DNA of 60,310 bases, counting the filler, from Sphacelaria rigidula (Eukaryota): NCBI GenBank assembly GCA_964200075.2. It is 3 parts of 3 records of this genome, joined end to end, with 100 filler letters (N's around TTAATTAATTAA, not from the genome) between each part and the next. Parts side by side here need not be neighbours in the genome. Positions count along the whole stretch, not along the records: positions 20,142 to 40,178 come from CAXNAA020000578.1; positions 40,279 to 60,310 come from CAXNAA020000579.1; 1 more part is not named here. One strand, written 5' to 3'. The position numbers were made by a program, and so were the translations under genes. Within the stretch, counting starts at the first letter, position 1. Each line of letters opens with the position of its first letter. Below are positions 39,516-52,400 of this stretch, piece by piece. Below the pieces are notes generated by a model, which saw only the letters and a list, made by a program, of their open reading frames with translations, did not search any database and was not told where the DNA came from.

Positions 39516-40178
39516 GGCTCGCAAGGGCGTGGGATTGTTCATGAACTCTCAGTCCCTGTTGAGAGCGACGCCCTGGGGCATGTAATTCCTTTTGTTTTTG
39601 CTTGTCTTGAGATGTCCAGCGCTTTTTGCTTTTCCTTTGTGATGGTAGTGGTGGTGGTGGTGAGATGTGGAGTTATTTTCGGATGTCCCTTCTCTCCTCT
39701 TTTTTTTTTTTTCTCTCTCCTAAGACTTATGCTTTGGTGGTGTTGGATGAAGAAGGACGGCATGAAAGAAGAAGGGTGCAAAGAAAAGAAGAAAGCCGAC
39801 GAGAAATTGGGGGAAGGGGCGACCTAAATAGTTTAGCCACGCTGCAATCATATTTTTGCCTTTGTTTTGCGATTTTTGTTTTGATCTCATACGATACCTG
39901 CCCTTTTTCAGGTGCGGGTGGTTTCGAAGGTTAGTGTGGTTTGTCTCGGTGCGGGTCGTTTCAGCTTGAAATTGGTGCAAGTATTCGCGTAAGTTACCAA
40001 CGTGCGTGGTGTGGATGGCAGAGCATGACTTTCGCTGGTGAGCTAGGGCGTCCCGGTTTGTATCTTCTATTGATTTTTTACTGAGGGGGGGGGGGGGGGG
40101 GGGAGAGAATAATTGCCCCTTGGGTGGGAGTGGTTGGTTTGTGGTGTTTTGGTTCTGGGTTGTTTGTTTTTGGGTTTT

Positions 40179-40278
40179 NNNNNNNNNNNNNNNNNNNNNN
40201 NNNNNNNNNNNNNNNNNNNNNNTTAATTAATTAANNNNNNNNNNNNNNNNNNNNNNNNNNNNNNNNNNNNNNNNNNNN
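40179..40278. other. Artificial contig spacer (assembly gap)
   Basis: 100 bp N..TTAATTAATTAA..N, same design as 20042-20141. Confidence 0.97.
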
Positions 40279-41680
40279 CCCCCGTCCCCCGCCCCGAAAA
40301 GGAGGCGTGGTCCATGGGCACACAACAAAAGAAAACAACACAAAAAAACCCCCCCCCCCCCCCCCCCCCTGCGTTCCTTCGCATTGCTCCCATGATCGAT
40401 GGCTATCACCATGGACCAGATCAAAAGAAACCTTTTGAGAGCGTGAATTCGTCCTGCCCCCAGCTCTGGAGGTGAACCTGTTGATCTCCACGGTGGGTAA
40501 TCTGGGCCTTGCATTCATATTTCGGGTCAAACTTATGTCATTGCCCAACAGATAACTCGCCCTGAACGTGGTTATATATTATATATAGATGGGCAAAGCC
40601 AAACAACCTCGGCACACCAGACGGCAAATCGTATATTTTTGCAGAGTTTCGGTGAACGCTAGAAGAGTTGAGAAGAAAAGAGGTCACCTTGCAGCGCGTG
40701 TCAGGGGTGTGGACGTGTATGTGTCGCCTGAAAAGGGAGGGTGTCGCTTGAACGCACGATTTGTTCGTTCAAATGATTTCGTGTTTAATCAAGTGTATCC
40801 ACGTAGAAAAAAAGGAAGCGAGGATGATTTGTCTATAATCGATGAAATTTCGTCGAGCAGCCCGACAAAGTTCGGGGGTGTACCCCCCCGATTCGCATCT
40901 CTAACAGTTCTACCGTCACCCGCATTCACCGTTTTGGCCAAGCGCTTAATACGACGGCGTTTTGTTTTATCTCGTTTGTAATGTTTTCGATGTTCAAATA
41001 GATGATGCAAGCGCGCCGGAAACCAACACTGATGGGTCTTGTACCCAACGTGGTTGACGGAAACACCGTGTGCAAGTAGGCGTGACTGTTGGGGTTGACT
41101 CAACAGGATGTTGATCCCCTCGCATTACCTTCCCGTTGTATGACAGTAACATCAGCTGAAATCTTCCCGCCAACGACGGGTCACCTGAAACGAATAACCA
41201 ACCAGTCGAAAATCGGGTCTGCATGGAGTGAGCCCGTAGATGAAGACGCATCAACCATTGTTTCTCCTGGACTTCAAACGCCACAATCCGACTTCGCCAC
41301 CAGTCGGGACGCACAAACGTGTTCCGTGTAAAGTAGGACTGAATACACATTTCCGAAACTTCCAAAGCTTGGTATCCTCCCTAACAACCCAGTACGTTAG
41401 ATGCGAACGAACTTGACGTATGCAGAAGCGTTTCCCTCATCAATGGAACACGATCACATCATTTGATGCACACGGTCAAAGCTGGTGTACTTTATGTACC
41501 GTCGTGCCTACCACGCACATGGCAAACAGAACTCGTCCAATTTCAACTGCAGTCCGCTGCTTTTCACGTGACTGCAACATTTCTCGTGCCATTTGGACAT
41601 ATCCTGTTCGTCAACCGATTATAAAATGGTCTTACTAATCACATTGTCACTTTTTTCCGTATGATTTAGAGATGGTCGTG

Positions 41681-42139
41681 TCAAAGTTTACTAGTGTCTG
41701 CTTCAGAAATGGTCTCGCGAGAGCTTGTTCCACGGCTAAAGTTGTTTTGGTTCACAGTGAGATACCCCCGCACCTTATTGTCGTTCAGAACATCCTTCTG
41801 TACGGCCGACCGGTTCCGCCGCGGCACATTGCTGTCGTCCACGACAAAGTCCATCGACAACGACTTCTTGAAGTCAATGGGTGTTGGCAGGCAGTGGACA
41901 ACACGCATGATGAGGAAATTGTTCTCAGCACCACTCGCGCACGATACCATCTCCAACGTTTCCTCCACCATTATGGGGCCAATGTTCGAGGGAAGGCTCC
42001 CGCCAGGAGCAGAAAGGGTAACGCCGAAGTCGCTCTTAACAAACGGGGTTTCCCGAGGAGATGCGCTGTCCAGGAGGATCCTCGGCCTGTTTTCAACTGT
42101 GAACGAGGCGGGAAAATCGCAAGCAATGATCGAACACAT
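41681..42139 (-). CDS. ZU5-like domain coding segment, probably the C-terminal part of the LRR-array gene (possibly pseudogenised)
   Basis: FGVTLSAPGGSLP and VVHCLPTPIDFKKSLSMDF match the two ZU5 signature stretches (GVxLxIPxGAL; PVVxCxPxGxxFxKPVxL). GYLTVNQNNFSRG sits where the ZU5 'HFS' motif is expected. Same strand as, and downstream of, the LRR exons; flanking frames contain stops. Confidence 0.6.
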   Translation of the reverse strand: MCSIIACDFPASFTVENRPRILLDSASPRETPFVKSDFGVTLSAPGGSLPSNIGPIMVEETLEMVSCASGAENNFLIMRVVHCLPTPIDFKKSLSMDFVVDDSNVPRRNRSAVQKDVLNDNKVRGYLTVNQNNFSRGTSSRETISEADTSKL

Positions 42140-42661
42140 CGAATGAGAATGCGGCTATGACAGTTGAGTCATACGAGTGATTTTTTCAATACAAAGGGCG
42201 AACTGACTCCAGTCATACAACTAGTTTCTCAAATCGGACCCTCACTGTACTTGCAGGGCCCCCTCCTGATGGAGACACAAGCGAATCAAGCACACAGATA
42301 AACACACTTTTTGCCACCACCCACCACCTGCTCAGTACATGTTACCCGATGCCGGCATGGAGAGTTTTGTGGACTTTCAGACGTGGAACTGATAGCCCCC
42401 AACGCACGTGGTAGCCGCTTTCATGGCATTTTCGATGAGGTTGAGGATTCGGACAGGCACAACGACAACTACCCGATTTGTCCCTCGTACGCCGGCGAGC
42501 GATGTCTCTCATACCCGGCCAAGCGCAACACGGCTTGCATATTGCATGATACATTTTGCAGTGTGTGGTGCAGTACTGTAGCGGGCATTCAGTACATAAA
42601 ATGCTGCACTGGGTCTATCGTGCGACCACGGCTGGACCCATGGATGGTCAGTTAATGTGCG

Positions 42662-42662
<1 letters not shown>

Positions 42663-42697
<35 letters not shown>
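42663..42697. repeat. (CAAT)n microsatellite
   Basis: About 8 tandem CAAT units. Confidence 0.85.
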
Positions 42698-42700
<3 letters not shown>

Positions 42701-43410
42701 TGGGTACTGTTTATTACAGTGCTGCTGCTGAATCGATGTATTCAGTTCTCGCTCGCGGACGCACTGCTAACTATTCCATGACACAAACCCCTACGGTATT
42801 GCTCGAAGGCTTCGTGTACAGATGCATTGCTGTTCTAGTACTACAATAGATACTACGCAGCCATCTCCGAAGAACTCCTCGTTAACCATCACCCGTTTGG
42901 GGCTTCCAACCTGAATAACGGCAAACTTACCGCTATTTTAGTCACATGCCCTGGAAGCAGCATCATGAGGTCTTGCGGCCACATGCCACTCTGTCGAGAG
43001 TCCTACTGAATCAATTGTTTTAATTCCTACTTCGCAACCTGCTGCTGGCGAAGAATTTGTACCGGCGAATATAGAGTCCAGCGTGCGGCCTGACAGCTCT
43101 CCTCCAGATCAAACGAGGCGTCCGGTCGGCGCCCAATGTTTACATTTTGTCTATTGCCACCACCCACACGCCAATATGAAGGATATTTTCGTCTTTCGCG
43201 GCGACTCGACCAAGAGGTACGTGATGAATCAAACTCTCGAAATACAAGACGTGTTACATGCACCTCATATCGCCCACCAGAGGGTACATGAAATATAGAA
43301 TCCTCCATAGCGACGTGACTCATGTAGCGCCAGCAACGAAACCGAGGAATGGCATCATTGCTCGGCCATGGCATCGCGATTCAACAAATATACCCCTCCC
43401 GTCGTCTCAC

Positions 43411-46400
43411 CACTCGGCTGCTTTCCCTCGAGGTTGCTCAGGTTTGAGCCAACGAGCTTTTCTAGTCCCGGCGGAATGGCACCTGTGGTGACGACACGCG
43501 ATAGTTGCGATGTGCGGTGGAATCTCAGGACAGCAACCCACAACACACACCCACGATCTAAGTCCTCTACTCACGCACAGGCAGTAGCGCCGTTTCACAG
43601 ACCGGACGAGGCCGTGGTCTAAAATATCGATCAACAATACGCGTGTTGCATGCACGTCCATGACGACATGACTCATAACCCTACGGCGTCCAGGCACGGT
43701 TTGTTCTCGATCATCGCATTTCACGACATGACCTGTCCCGTGTCTCACCCCTCAGCTGATTCCCTTGGAGATTGAGAGATTCCAGCGAACGGCACTTCCC
43801 CAGCTCCGGCGGAATGACACCTGTGGCGGCGACAAGCGATAGTACAAATGTGTGGTGGTTCTCAGGGGACAAGAAACCACAGCAAGCACGCAAGCTTCAT
43901 GTCCCCTACACACGCCTTGGCAGGACTACTCTTCTACAAGCCGGGCGGCCCTGTGCTCTACCAGGTTCATCAAGCATGCTCGCCAGCACAACGTGCCCGC
44001 ACTGGTGCTCGTGGGAAGGTCTCTCCAAGAGGTACATGAGCTATCGAGTGCTCCAATCACAACACGCGAATGGCGTGCACGTCCACGGCAACGTGACTCA
44101 TAACCATCGGCCGCCCAAGCACGGTTTCGCTTGTCGACCATCGCGCTTCACCACATGACCTGTCCCGCGTCTCACCACTCAGTTGATTCCCCTGAAGATT
44201 GAGGGATCTCATCAAACGGCACTCCCCCAGCTCCGACGGAATGGCACCTATGGCGGAGACACGCGATACAACAAATGTGTAATGGAGGCTCGGGAGAGGA
44301 ACCCACAACTAACACGGAAGCTTCACGTTCCCTACTCCCGCGCTTGGAGAGCTACTCTTGACAACAACCCCGGCAGACCCGTGCTCCACCAGGCCCAGTC
44401 AGCATGCCCGCCGGTACAACGTGCTCGCACTGGTGCTCGTGGCAAGTGCTCTCTACCAGTGCGTCCCGTGTTTCGTTCCCCTACTCTGCAGGCTGCTGCT
44501 CGCTACGAAGGGATACTGGTGGACAGGTAAACGAGCGTGTGACCCGACAGCGCTGCCTCACTTCGAGCCAACGAGGCGACCAGTCCCCACGCAGTGTTGG
44601 CACTCCGACGACTGTCATCACACACACATGCGCACGTGCTTTGACTGTCTACTTCTGTCACGGAGACTGGACCAAGAGGTACATGAGCTATCGAGTCCCC
44701 CGATCACGACACGCGTGTTGCGTGCGCGTCCACGAAGACATGATTCATAACCCCAAAACGACCAGGCACGGTTTCGCTTCTCCACCATCGCGCTTCACCA
44801 CATGACCCGTCCCGCGTCTCACCACTCAGTTGATTCCCCTGAAGATTGACGGACCTAAGCTCACGGCATCTCCCCAGCTCCGGCGGAATGACACCTGTGG
44901 CGGAGACACGCGATACAACAAATGTGTTATGGAGTCTGGGGAGAGGCACCCACAACTGACACGGAAGCTCCACGTTCCCTACCCACGCGCTGGCAGGACA
45001 ACGCTTTCACCAGCCGGGCGGACCCGTGCTCCACCAGGCCCCGTCAGCATGCTCGCCGGTACAACGTGCTCGCACTGGTGCTCGTTGCAAGTGCTCTCTA
45101 CCAGTGCGTCCCGTGTTTCGTTACCCTACTCTGCAGCCCGCTGCTCGCTACGAAGAGATACTGGTGGACAGGTAAACGAGCGTGTGACCCGACAGCGCTG
45201 TCTCACTACGAGCCAACGAGGCGACCAGTCCCCACGCAGTGTTGGCACTGCGACGATTGTCATCACACACACATGCGCACGTGCTTCTATTGTCTACTTC
45301 TGTCACGGAGACTGGACCAAGAGATACATGAGCTATCGAGTCCTCCGATCACGACACGCGTGTTGCGTGTGCGTCCACGAAGACATGATTCATAACCCCA
45401 CACCGTCCAGGCATGGTTTCGCTTCTCGACCATCGCGCTTCACCACATGACCCGTCCCGCGTCTCACCACTCAGTTGATTCCCCTGGAGTTCGACGACTT
45501 CTAGCGAACCGCACTCCCCCAGCTCCGGCGGAATGGCACCTGTGGCGGAGACACGCGATACAACAAATGTGTAATGGAGGCTCCAGAGAGGAACCCACAA
45601 CTAACACGCAAGCTTCACGTTCCCTACCAACGCGCTGGCAGGAAAACGGTTTTGTCAGCCGGGCGGACCCGTGCTCCACCAGGCCCGGTCAGCATGCTCG
45701 CCGGTACAACGTCCTCGCACTGGTGCTCGTTGCAAGTGCTCTCTACCAGTGCGTCCCGTGTTTCGTTCCCCTACTCTGCAGCCTGCTGCTCGCTACGAAG
45801 GGATACTGGTGGACAGGTAAACGAGCGTGTGACCCGACAGCGCTATCTCACTTCGAGCCAACGAGGCGACCAGTTCCCACGCAGTGTTGGCACTCCGACG
45901 ACTGTCATCACACACACATGCGCACGTGCTTTGACTGTCTACTTCTGTCACGGAGACTGGACCAAGAGGTACATGAGCTATCGAGTCCTCCGATCACGAC
46001 ACGTGAATGGCGTGTGCGTCCACGAAGACATGATTCATAACCCCACACCGCCCAAGCACGGTTTCGCTCCTCCACCATCGCGCATCACCACATGACCCGT
46101 CCCGCGTCTCACCACTCAGTTGATTCCCCTGAAGATTGACGGACCTTAGCTCACGGCACTCCCCCAGCTCCGACGGAATGGCACCTGTGGTGGCGACACA
46201 CGATACAACAAATGTGTAATGGAGGCTCGGGAGAGGAACCCACAACTAACACGGAAGCTTTACGCCCCCTACTCACGCGCTTGCAGAGCTACTCTTGACA
46301 ACAACCCGGGCGGACCCGTGCTCTACCAGGCCCAGTCAGCATGCCCGCCGGTACAACGTGCTTGCACTGGTGCTCGTGGCAAGTGCTCTCTACCAGTGTA

Positions 46401-49400
46401 TCCCGTGTTTCGTTCCCCTACTCTGCAGGCCGCTGCTCGCTACGAAGGGATACTGGTGGACAGGTAAACGAGCGTGTGACCCGACAGCGCTATCTCACTT
46501 CGAGCCAACGAGGCGACCAGTTCCCACGCAGTGTTGGCACTTCACCGAATATCACACACACATGCACACGTGCTTCTATTGTCTACTTCCGTCACGGGGA
46601 CTGGACCAAGAGGTACATGAGCTATCGAGTCCTCCGATCACAACAAGCGTGTTGCGTGCGCGTCCGCGCAGCCATAATTCATAACCCGACACTGCACAGG
46701 CACGGTTTCGCTTTTCGACCATCGCGCTTCACCACATGACCCGTCCCGCGTCTCACCCCTTAATTGATTCCCCTGAAGATTGACGGACCTTAGCTTACGG
46801 CACTTCCCCAGCTCCGGCGGAATGGCACCTGTGGCGAAGACACGCGAAGCCATAACTGTGTTATGGAGTCTCGGGAGAGGAACCCACAACTAACACGAAA
46901 CATCCACGTTCCCTACCCACGCGCTGGCAGGGCAACTCTCTACAAGCCGGTCGGACCCGTGCTCCACCAGGCCCAGTCAGCATGCCCGCCGGTACAACGT
47001 GCTCGCACTGGTGCTCGTGGCAAGTGCTCTCTACCAGTGCGTCCCGTGTTCCGTTCCCTCTACTCTGCAGGCTGCTGCTCGCTACGAAGGGATACTGGTG
47101 GACAGGTAAACGAGCGTGTGACCCGACAGCGCTGTCTCACTTCGAGCCAACGAGGCGACCAGTACCCACGCAGTGTTGGCACTCCGCCGACTGTCATCAC
47201 ACACACATGCGCAGGTGCTTCTACTGTCTACTTCTGTCACGGAGACTGGACCAAGAGGTACATGAGCTATCGAGTCCTCCGATCACGACACGCGTGTTGC
47301 GTGCGCCTCCACGAAGACATGATTCATAACCCCACACCGCCCAAGCACGGTTCCGACTCTCGACCATCGCGCTCCACCACATGACCCGTCCCGCGTCTCA
47401 CCACTCAGTTGATTCCCCTGGAGTTCGACGATTTCTAGCGAACCGCACTCCCCCAGCTCCGGCGGAATGACACCTGTGGCAACGACACGCGATACAACGA
47501 ATGTGTCATGGAGTCTCCGGAGAGGAACCCACAACTGACACGGAAGCTCCACGTTCCCTACCAACGCGATGGCAGGACAACTCTTGACAACAACCCGGGC
47601 GGACCCGTGCTCCGCCAGGCCCAGTCAGCATGCCCGCCGGTACAACGTGCTCGCACTGGTGCTCGTGGCAAGTGCTCTCTACCAGTGCGTCCCGTGTTTC
47701 GTTACCCTACTCTGCAGCCTGCTGCTCGCTACGAAGGGATACTGGTGGACAGGTAAACGAGCGTGTGACCCGACAGCGCTGTCTCACTACGAGCCAACGA
47801 GGCGACCAGTCCCCACGCAGTGTTGGCACTCCGCCGACTGTCATCACACACACATGCGCACGTGCTTCTAATGTCTACTTCTGTCACGGAGACTGGACCA
47901 AAAGGTACATGAGCTATCGAGTCCTCCCATCACGACACGCCTGATGCGTGCGCGTCCGTGCAGACATGATTCATAACCCGACACTGCACAGGCCCGGTTT
48001 CGTTTCTCGACCATCGCGCTTCACCACATGACCCGTCCCGCGTCTCACCACTCAGTTGATTGCCCTGGAGTTCGACGATTTCTAGCCAACCGCACTTCCC
48101 CAGCTCCGGCGGAATGGCACCTGTGGCGGAGACACGCGATACAACAAATGTGCAATGGAGTCTCGGGAGAGGAACCCACAACTAACACGCAAGCTACACG
48201 TTCCCTACCAACGCGCTGGCAGGAAAACGGTTTTGTCAGCCGGGCGGACCCGTGCTCCACCAGGCCCGGTCAGCATGCTCGCCGGTACAACGTGCTCGCA
48301 CTGGTGCTCGTGGCAAGTGCTCTCTACCAGTGCGTCCCGTGTTTCGTTCCCCTTCTCATCAGCCTGCTGCTCGCTACGGAGGGATACTGGTGGACAGGTA
48401 ATGAGCGTGTGACCCGACAGCGCTGTCTCACTACGAGCCAACGAGGCGACCAGTCCCCACGCAGTGTTGGCACTCCCACGATTGTCATCACATACACATG
48501 CGCACTTGCTTCAATTGTCTACTTCTGTCACGGAGCCTGGACCAAGAGGTACATGAGCTATCGAGTCCTCCGATCACGACACGCGTGTTCCCTGCGCATC
48601 CGTGAAGCCATGATTTATAACCCCACACCGCCCAAGCACGGTTTCGCTTCTCGACCATCGCGCTTCACCATATGACCCGTCCCGCGTCTCACCACTCAGT
48701 TGATTCCCCTGGAGATTAAAAGACCTAAGCCATCGGCATTTCCCCAGCTCCGGCGGGATGGCACCTGTGGCGGAGACACGCGATACAACAAATGTGTTAT
48801 GGAGTCTCGGGAGAGGAACCCACAGATTACACGTAATTTCCACGTTCCCTACCAACGCGCTGGCAGGACAACTCTCTACAAGCCGGTCGGACCCGTGCTC
48901 CACCAGGCCCAGTCAGCATGCTCGCCGGTACAACGTGCTCGCACTGGTGCTCGTGGCAAGTGCTCTCCACCAGTGGGTCCCGTGTTTCGTTCCCCTACTC
49001 TGCAGCCTGCTGCTCGCTACGAATGGATACTGGTGGACAGGTAAACGAGCGTGTGACCCGACAGCGCTGTCTCACTTCGAGCCAACGAGGCGACCAGTCC
49101 CCACGCAGTGTTGGCACTCCGACGACTGTCATCACACACACATGCGCAGGTGCTTCTATTGTCTACTTCTGTCAGGAAGACAAGACTAACAGGTGCATGA
49201 GCTATCGAGTCCCCCGATCACGACACGCGTGTTGCGTGCGCGTCCACGAGGACATGATTCATAACCCCACCCGCACAGGCACCGTTTCGCTTCTCGACCA
49301 TCGCGCTTCACCACATGACCCGTCCCGCGTCTCACCACTCAGTTGATTGCCCTGGAGATTGACGATTTCTAGCGAACCGCACTTCCCCAGCTCCGGCGGA

Positions 49401-52400
49401 ATGGCACCTGTGGCAGCGACACGCAATGGGGCGGATGTGTGGTGGACACCTCGGGAAAGCAACCCACAACTTACACGCAAGCTCCACGTTCCCTACCCAC
49501 GCGCTGGCAGGACAACTCTTTCACCAGCCGGGCGGACCCGTGCTCCACCAGGCCCAGTCAGCATGCTCGCCGGTACAACGTGCTTGCACTGGTGCTCGTG
49601 GCAAGTGCTCTCTACCAGTGCGTCCCGTGTCTCGTTCCCACAGTCTGCGGCCTGCTGCTCGCTACGAAGGGATACTGGTGGACAGGTAAACGAGCGTGTG
49701 ACCCGACAGCGCTGTTTTACTTCGAGCCAACGAGGCGACCAGTCCCCACGCAGTGTTGGCACTCCGCCGACTGTCATCACACACACATGCGCACGTGCTT
49801 TGACTGTCTACTTCTGTCACGGAGACTGGACAGAAAGGTACATGAGCTTTGGGGTCCTCCGATCACGACACGCGTGGTGCGTGCGCGTCCACGAAGACAT
49901 GATTCATTACCCCACACCACCCAGGCACGGTTTCGCTTCTCGACCATCGCGCTTCACGACATGACTCATCCGCGTCTCACCACTCAGTTGATTCCCCTGG
50001 AGATCGACGGAATGTAGCATAACGCACCCCCCCAGCTCCGGCGGAATGACACCTGTGGCGGAGACACGCTATACAACAAATGTGTTATCGAGTCTCGGGA
50101 GAGGAACCCACAACTTACACGCAAGCTCCACGTTCCCTACCCACGCGCTGGCAGGACAACTCTGTACAAGCCGGGCGGACCCGTGCTTTACCAGGCCCAG
50201 TCAGCAAGCTCGCCGGTACAACGTGCTCGCACTGGTGCTCGTGGCAAGTGCTTTCCACCGGTGCGTCCCATGTTCCGTTCCCCTACTCTGCAGATTGCTG
50301 CTCGCTACGAAGAGATACTGGTGGACAGGTAAACGAGCGTGTGACCCGACAGCGCTGTCTCACTTCGAGCCAACGAGGCGACCAGTCCCCACGCAGTGTT
50401 GGCACTCCGACGACTGTCATCACACACACATGCGCACGTGCTTCTCTTGTCTGCTTCTGTCACGGAGACTGGACCGAGAGGTACACGAGATATCGAGTCC
50501 TCCGATCACGACACGCGTGTTGCGTGCGCGTCCACGAAGACATGATTCATAACCTCAAACTGCCCAGGCATGGTTTCGCTTCTCGACCATCGCGCTTCAC
50601 CACATGACCCGTCCCGCGTCTCACCACTCAGTTGATTCCCCTGAAGTTGGACGATTTCTAGCGAACCGCACTCCCCCAGCTCCGGCGGAATGGCACCTGT
50701 GGCAGCGACACGCGATACAACAAATGTGTTATGGAGTCTCGGGAGAGGAACCCACAACTGACACGCAAGCTCGACGCTCCCCATCCACGCGCTGGCAGGA
50801 CAACTCTGTACAAGCCGGTCGGACCCGTGCTCCACCAGGCCCAGTCAGCATGCCCGCCAGTACAACGTGCTCACATTGGTGCTCCTGGCAAGTGCTTTCT
50901 ACCAGTGCGTCCCGTGTTTCGTTCCCCTACTCTGCAGGCTGCTGCTCGCAACGAATGGATATTGGTGTAAACGAGCGTGTGACCCGACAATGCTGTCTCA
51001 CTTCGAGCCAACGAGGCGACCAGTCCCCACGCAGTGTTGGCACTCCGCCGACTGTCATCACACACACATGCGCATATGCTTCTATTGTCTACTTTTGTCA
51101 CGGAGACTGGACCAAGTGGTACATGAGCTATCGAATCCTCCGATCACGACACGCGTGTTGCGTGCGCGTCCATGATGACATGATTCATAACCGAGTCATC
51201 CTACGATAGGGGGGGTGGGGTGTTTCGGGCCATTCGTTGCTCGAAATTTCGAGTGAGATCGTCGTTGAATGCCGCAACGGTTGTTCGGACGAGCTTCTTG
51301 TGGATCAATAACGCTCATCCATACTGTCTGATACCGATTGGAACCAAATACTAAAGCACCGCAAGTGTGGAAGGATGTCTGACACACTTATGAGCCTTTT
51401 CTTTCTTGCAACCAAATACCCCCCCCTTTCGTAGGATGGCTTAACCCCACACCGCCCAAGCAAGGTTTCGCTTTTCGACCATCGCGCTTCACCACATGAC
51501 CCGTCCCGCGTCCCACCACTCAGTTGATTCCCCTGGAGTTCGACGATTTCTAGCCAACCGCACTTCCCCAGCTCCGGCGGAATGGCACCTGTGACGGAGA
51601 CACGCGATACAACAGATGTGTTATGGGCGTCTCGAGAGAGGAAACCACAACTAACACGCAAGCTACACGTTCCCTACCGACGCGCTGGCAGGACAACTCT
51701 CTACAAGCCGGTCGGACCCGTGCTCCACCAGGCCCAGTCAGCATCCCCGCCGGTACAACGTGCTCGCACTGGTGCTCGTGGCAAGTGCTCTCTACCAGTG
51801 CGTCCCGTGTTTCGTTACCCTACTCTGCAGCCTGCTGCTCGCTACGGAGGGATACTGGTGGACAGGTAAACGAGCGTGTGACCCGACAGCGCTGTCTCAC
51901 TTCGAGCCAACGAGGCGACCAGTCCCCACGCAGTGTTGGCACTCCGCCGACTGTCATCACACACACATGCGAGGGTGCTTCTATTGTCTGCTTCTGTCAC
52001 GGAGACGGGACCAAGAGGTACTAAGCTATCGAGTCCTCCGATCACGACACGCGTGTTGCGTGCGCGTCCGTGAAGCCATGACTCATAACCCACACCGCCC
52101 AAGCACCGTTCCGTTTCTCGACCATCGCGCTTCACCACATGACCCGTCCCGCGTCTCACCACTCAGTTGATTCCCCTGGAGATTGACGGACCTCAGCCAA
52201 CGGCACTCCCCCAGCTCCGGCGGAATGGCACCTGTGGCGGAGACACGCGATACAACAAATGTGTAATGGAGTCTCGGGAGAGAAAACCACAACCAACACG
52301 CAAGCTCCACGTTCCCTACCAACGCGCTGGCAGGACAACTCTCTACAAGCCGGTCGGACCCGTGCTTTACAAGGCCCAGTCAGCATGCCCGCCGGTACAA

